From assembly GCA_963713045.1 (NCBI GenBank), contig CAVQKE010000003.1:384001-448000 (forward strand): DNA of 64,000 bases, written 5' to 3'. The notes under the pieces are model-generated. The model did no database searches, was not told where the DNA came from, and saw nothing but the letters and a program-made list of their open reading frames with translations. This document shows, one piece after another, positions 61,839 through 64,000 of this stretch (position 1 is the first letter of the stretch; every line of letters starts with the position of its first letter). Origin of the DNA: an uncultured delta proteobacterium (GTDB lineage Bacteria > Myxococcota > Myxococcia > Myxococcales > Myxococcaceae). The translations under genes and the position numbers were made by a program.

Positions 61839-62363
61839 CTAGCGCTGCGGCGCCCGGTGCGCGAGTTGGCCGATGAATTCGACCCGCGAACCTGGCACCA
61901 CGCCCACCTTCTCCGTCCAGCCGCCGGCCACCTCAAGGACGTAGACCGACGGCTTGCCGACGTCTCGGTTGTCGAGCGTCTGAGGCTCCGCCTGGGCGAT
62001 GATGCCGACCACCTGCCCGCTGTGGTCGAGAAACAGCATGTCCAAGGGCACCAACGTGTTGCGCATCCAGAAGGGGTGCACTTCTTCCCGCGGAAAGATG
62101 AAGAGCATCCCAGTTCCAGCTGGCACTGAGGTCCGCCACATCATCCCGCGGGTGCGCGCCGGCTGAGTGTCAGCAATCTCCACCTCAAGCGAATGCCTCC
62201 CGCCATAGGCGTCGTGAACCACCAGCTGCCCCTGGTCCAGCGGGGGGCCCACCCATTCCCTTGCGGTGACGTCACTGGACGACGACGGCGGCTTCGGCTG
62301 GGGCGGCGTCGGAGCCTGGCCGGTACAGGCCAGGCCGAGGAGCAGGACTGCAAGCGCTCTCAA
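61839..62363 (-). CDS. DUF192-family lipoprotein
   Basis: EIADT...RGMMWR, GMLFIF, FWMRNTLVPLDMLF, YVLEV. Confidence 0.9.
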   Translation of the reverse strand: MRALAVLLLGLACTGQAPTPPQPKPPSSSSDVTAREWVGPPLDQGQLVVHDAYGGRHSLEVEIADTQPARTRGMMWRTSVPAGTGMLFIFPREEVHPFWMRNTLVPLDMLFLDHSGQVVGIIAQAEPQTLDNRDVGKPSVYVLEVAGGWTEKVGVVPGSRVEFIGQLAHRAPQR

Positions 62364-62746
62364 GGCTTGACCGTTTTGTTCAACAACTTTCCGGTCAGCT
62401 CGCGGCCCAGCGAGTCCGTCATCAGTCGCTCCACCAAGTCCTCGAAGGAAAACCGCTGCGCGTCATCGTTGTAGACGAAGCGGATGCCCATTCCGGCATC
62501 GTCCACATCTCCCTGCGACCAGACCACCTCGCCCAGCAGCTCGAACGGGTCGGTCCGGGTGGGGACGCCCAGCTTAAAGAGGAAGCGGGTCCCCACGGGA
62601 AGCGGTTTGCGCGTCCGAATGAAGGTGCCCCCCTTCGAGATGTTTTTCGTGTAATCGGCAAAGAAGCTATTCAGCTTCTTGTAGTCGACGCGCAACTCGA
62701 TGGGTGCTCGAGGGTGAACTCGACCGTCGCTCTTCGGTTCCGTCAT
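62360..62746 (-). CDS. PilZ-domain protein (myxobacterial TIGR02266 type)
   Basis: RVHPR (RxxxR), NISKGGTFI, GEVVW, GMGIRF. Confidence 0.9.
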   Translation of the reverse strand: MTEPKSDGRVHPRAPIELRVDYKKLNSFFADYTKNISKGGTFIRTRKPLPVGTRFLFKLGVPTRTDPFELLGEVVWSQGDVDDAGMGIRFVYNDDAQRFSFEDLVERLMTDSLGRELTGKLLNKTVKP

Positions 62747-62775
62747 CGCTTGGAGGCCGAGTATAGGGGACCTCG

Positions 62776-64000
62776 ATGGGCCGCGTCGTCACTCTTGCTG
62801 TGGCAGTGCTGCGCCGGCCGGCCGGATGGCTGCCGGTGGCCGCCGTGGCTGGGGTGGGCGCGCTCCTCGTTCGCATCCCGCTGTTTGGGCAGCCGGGGCT
62901 GGAACTGGCCCTGGGGGTGAACGCGCTGCTCACCCTGGCCGGGATGACGCTGGGGGCCACCGCCGTGACGCAGGCCCGCCGGCCTCCCCGCCTTCGCATC
63001 CCGCGGGTGCAACCCTCCGGGCCGGTCGGGACCGTGTTCACCGCACTGGGTGCGGCCTTTCTGCTCGGCACCTGCGCCGCGGCGGTCCCCTTCCTGGCGG
63101 CGGTGGTCCTGACGGAGCTCACCACGCCCTGCAGCCCGTGGGCCCAAAGCAGCCTCTACCCGCTGTTGGTGCTGCCCACCGCGCTTCTCGCCGCGGCCAC
63201 CGGCGTCTTCGCCCGAACACTGTTCTCCGGCCGGCTCGGAACACTGGCGGTCTGCCTGGCGCTGTTTCTGGCCTCGTTGGCGTGGACCGTTTGGCCCATC
63301 GCTGTTGGGCCGCAGGTCTTCGCCTACAATTTCTTTTTGGGCTGGTTTCCTGGGCCGCTCTACGACGAGGCGCTGCGCGCTTCCAGCTCGCTTCTGTGGT
63401 TTCGGCTGGAGAGCTTGCTGTGGGCCGCCCTGCTCGGCCTGGCTGCCACCGTCGCGTTGGTCCCCGCCGGCCAGGCCCGGGTTCCAGGCCGCGGGCGGGT
63501 CCTCCTCGGACTGGCTGCGGTGCTTCTGGCCATCATCCTCTTGGAGCTGCATGCCGTGGACCTCGGCTTTCGCGGCAGCGAGGCCCGCGTCCAACAGGTG
63601 CTGGGAGGTCGCGGTGAGACGACACACGCGGAGCTCTTCTTTCCAGCGGAGAAGCCCCAGGAGCAAGTGGACCGCCTACGCCGCGACGTGGAGTTTCGTT
63701 GGGAGCAGGTGGCCGAGTTTCTCGGCGGCGCCCCCGCCGGGAAGGTGCGGGTCTACGTGTTCCGGTCGCCCGAGGAGAAACAGCGGCTGGTCGGTGCCTC
63801 TGGCACTCAATTCGCCAAGGGCCTGGCGGTCTACCTCAACGAGGCACCCTTCCCCAACCCCGCGCTGGAGCACGAGTTGGTTCACGCCTTGGCGAGCCGC
63901 TTCGGCAAGGGGCCCTTCGGGACCACCGTCCGCTTCGGCGTGGTGCCGGTGATGGGGGTGGTTGAGGGCGTGGCGGTCGCCCCCGAAGAGACACGCGGCG
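62776..64000 (+). CDS. Polytopic membrane protein with a gluzincin-type metallopeptidase domain (partial, not in ORF track)
   Basis: Open frame from ATG 62776 to the window end; about 7-8 TM segments, FPGPLYDE, then HELVH (63871-63885) and a downstream VVEGVA. Confidence 0.8.
   Translation, partial: MGRVVTLAVAVLRRPAGWLPVAAVAGVGALLVRIPLFGQPGLELALGVNALLTLAGMTLGATAVTQARRPPRLRIPRVQPSGPVGTVFTALGAAFLLGTCAAAVPFLAAVVLTELTTPCSPWAQSSLYPLLVLPTALLAAATGVFARTLFSGRLGTLAVCLALFLASLAWTVWPIAVGPQVFAYNFFLGWFPGPLYDEALRASSSLLWFRLESLLWAALLGLAATVALVPAGQARVPGRGRVLLGLAAVLLAIILLELHAVDLGFRGSEARVQQVLGGRGETTHAELFFPAEKPQEQVDRLRRDVEFRWEQVAEFLGGAPAGKVRVYVFRSPEEKQRLVGASGTQFAKGLAVYLNEAPFPNPALEHELVHALASRFGKGPFGTTVRFGVVPVMGVVEGVAVAPEETRG

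Overview
GC-rich chromosomal segment from a myxobacterium (Myxococcaceae-like). The evidence is the gliding-motility cluster cglC(gltK)-gltB-gltA-gltC, a MXAN_2561/MXAN_2562-type MYXO-CTERM protein plus outer-membrane barrel pair, and a TIGR02266-type PilZ gene. About 60 genes are present, mostly housekeeping: uvrA, nadA, moeB, moaD-moaE, a liv-type ABC system, rnhB, acs, tsaB, rseP, cdsA, uppS, dinB, pcnB, plsX and several peptidases. I saw no tRNA, rRNA, CRISPR array, prophage or transposase. Main observations: (1) a metallophosphoesterase divergent from uvrA (226-1080) that follows the eukaryotic RNA lariat debranching enzyme Dbr1 motif by motif, in a lineage known for 2'-5' branched msDNA; (2) near-total GATC avoidance, broken by 12 GATC sites inside one multiply frameshifted aminotransferase (30685-32018), which suggests foreign or chimeric sequence; (3) a plsX gene coupled to an App1-like DxDxT phosphatase; (4) an Asd homolog lacking its catalytic residues, an apparent rlpA-tsaB fusion, a kinase with a large internal insert, and a membrane-anchored HExxH peptidase missing from the ORF track. 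Single-base frameshifts in uppS and pcnB indicate residual indel errors in the assembly. All family calls come from motif recognition and recalled sequences; no searches were run.
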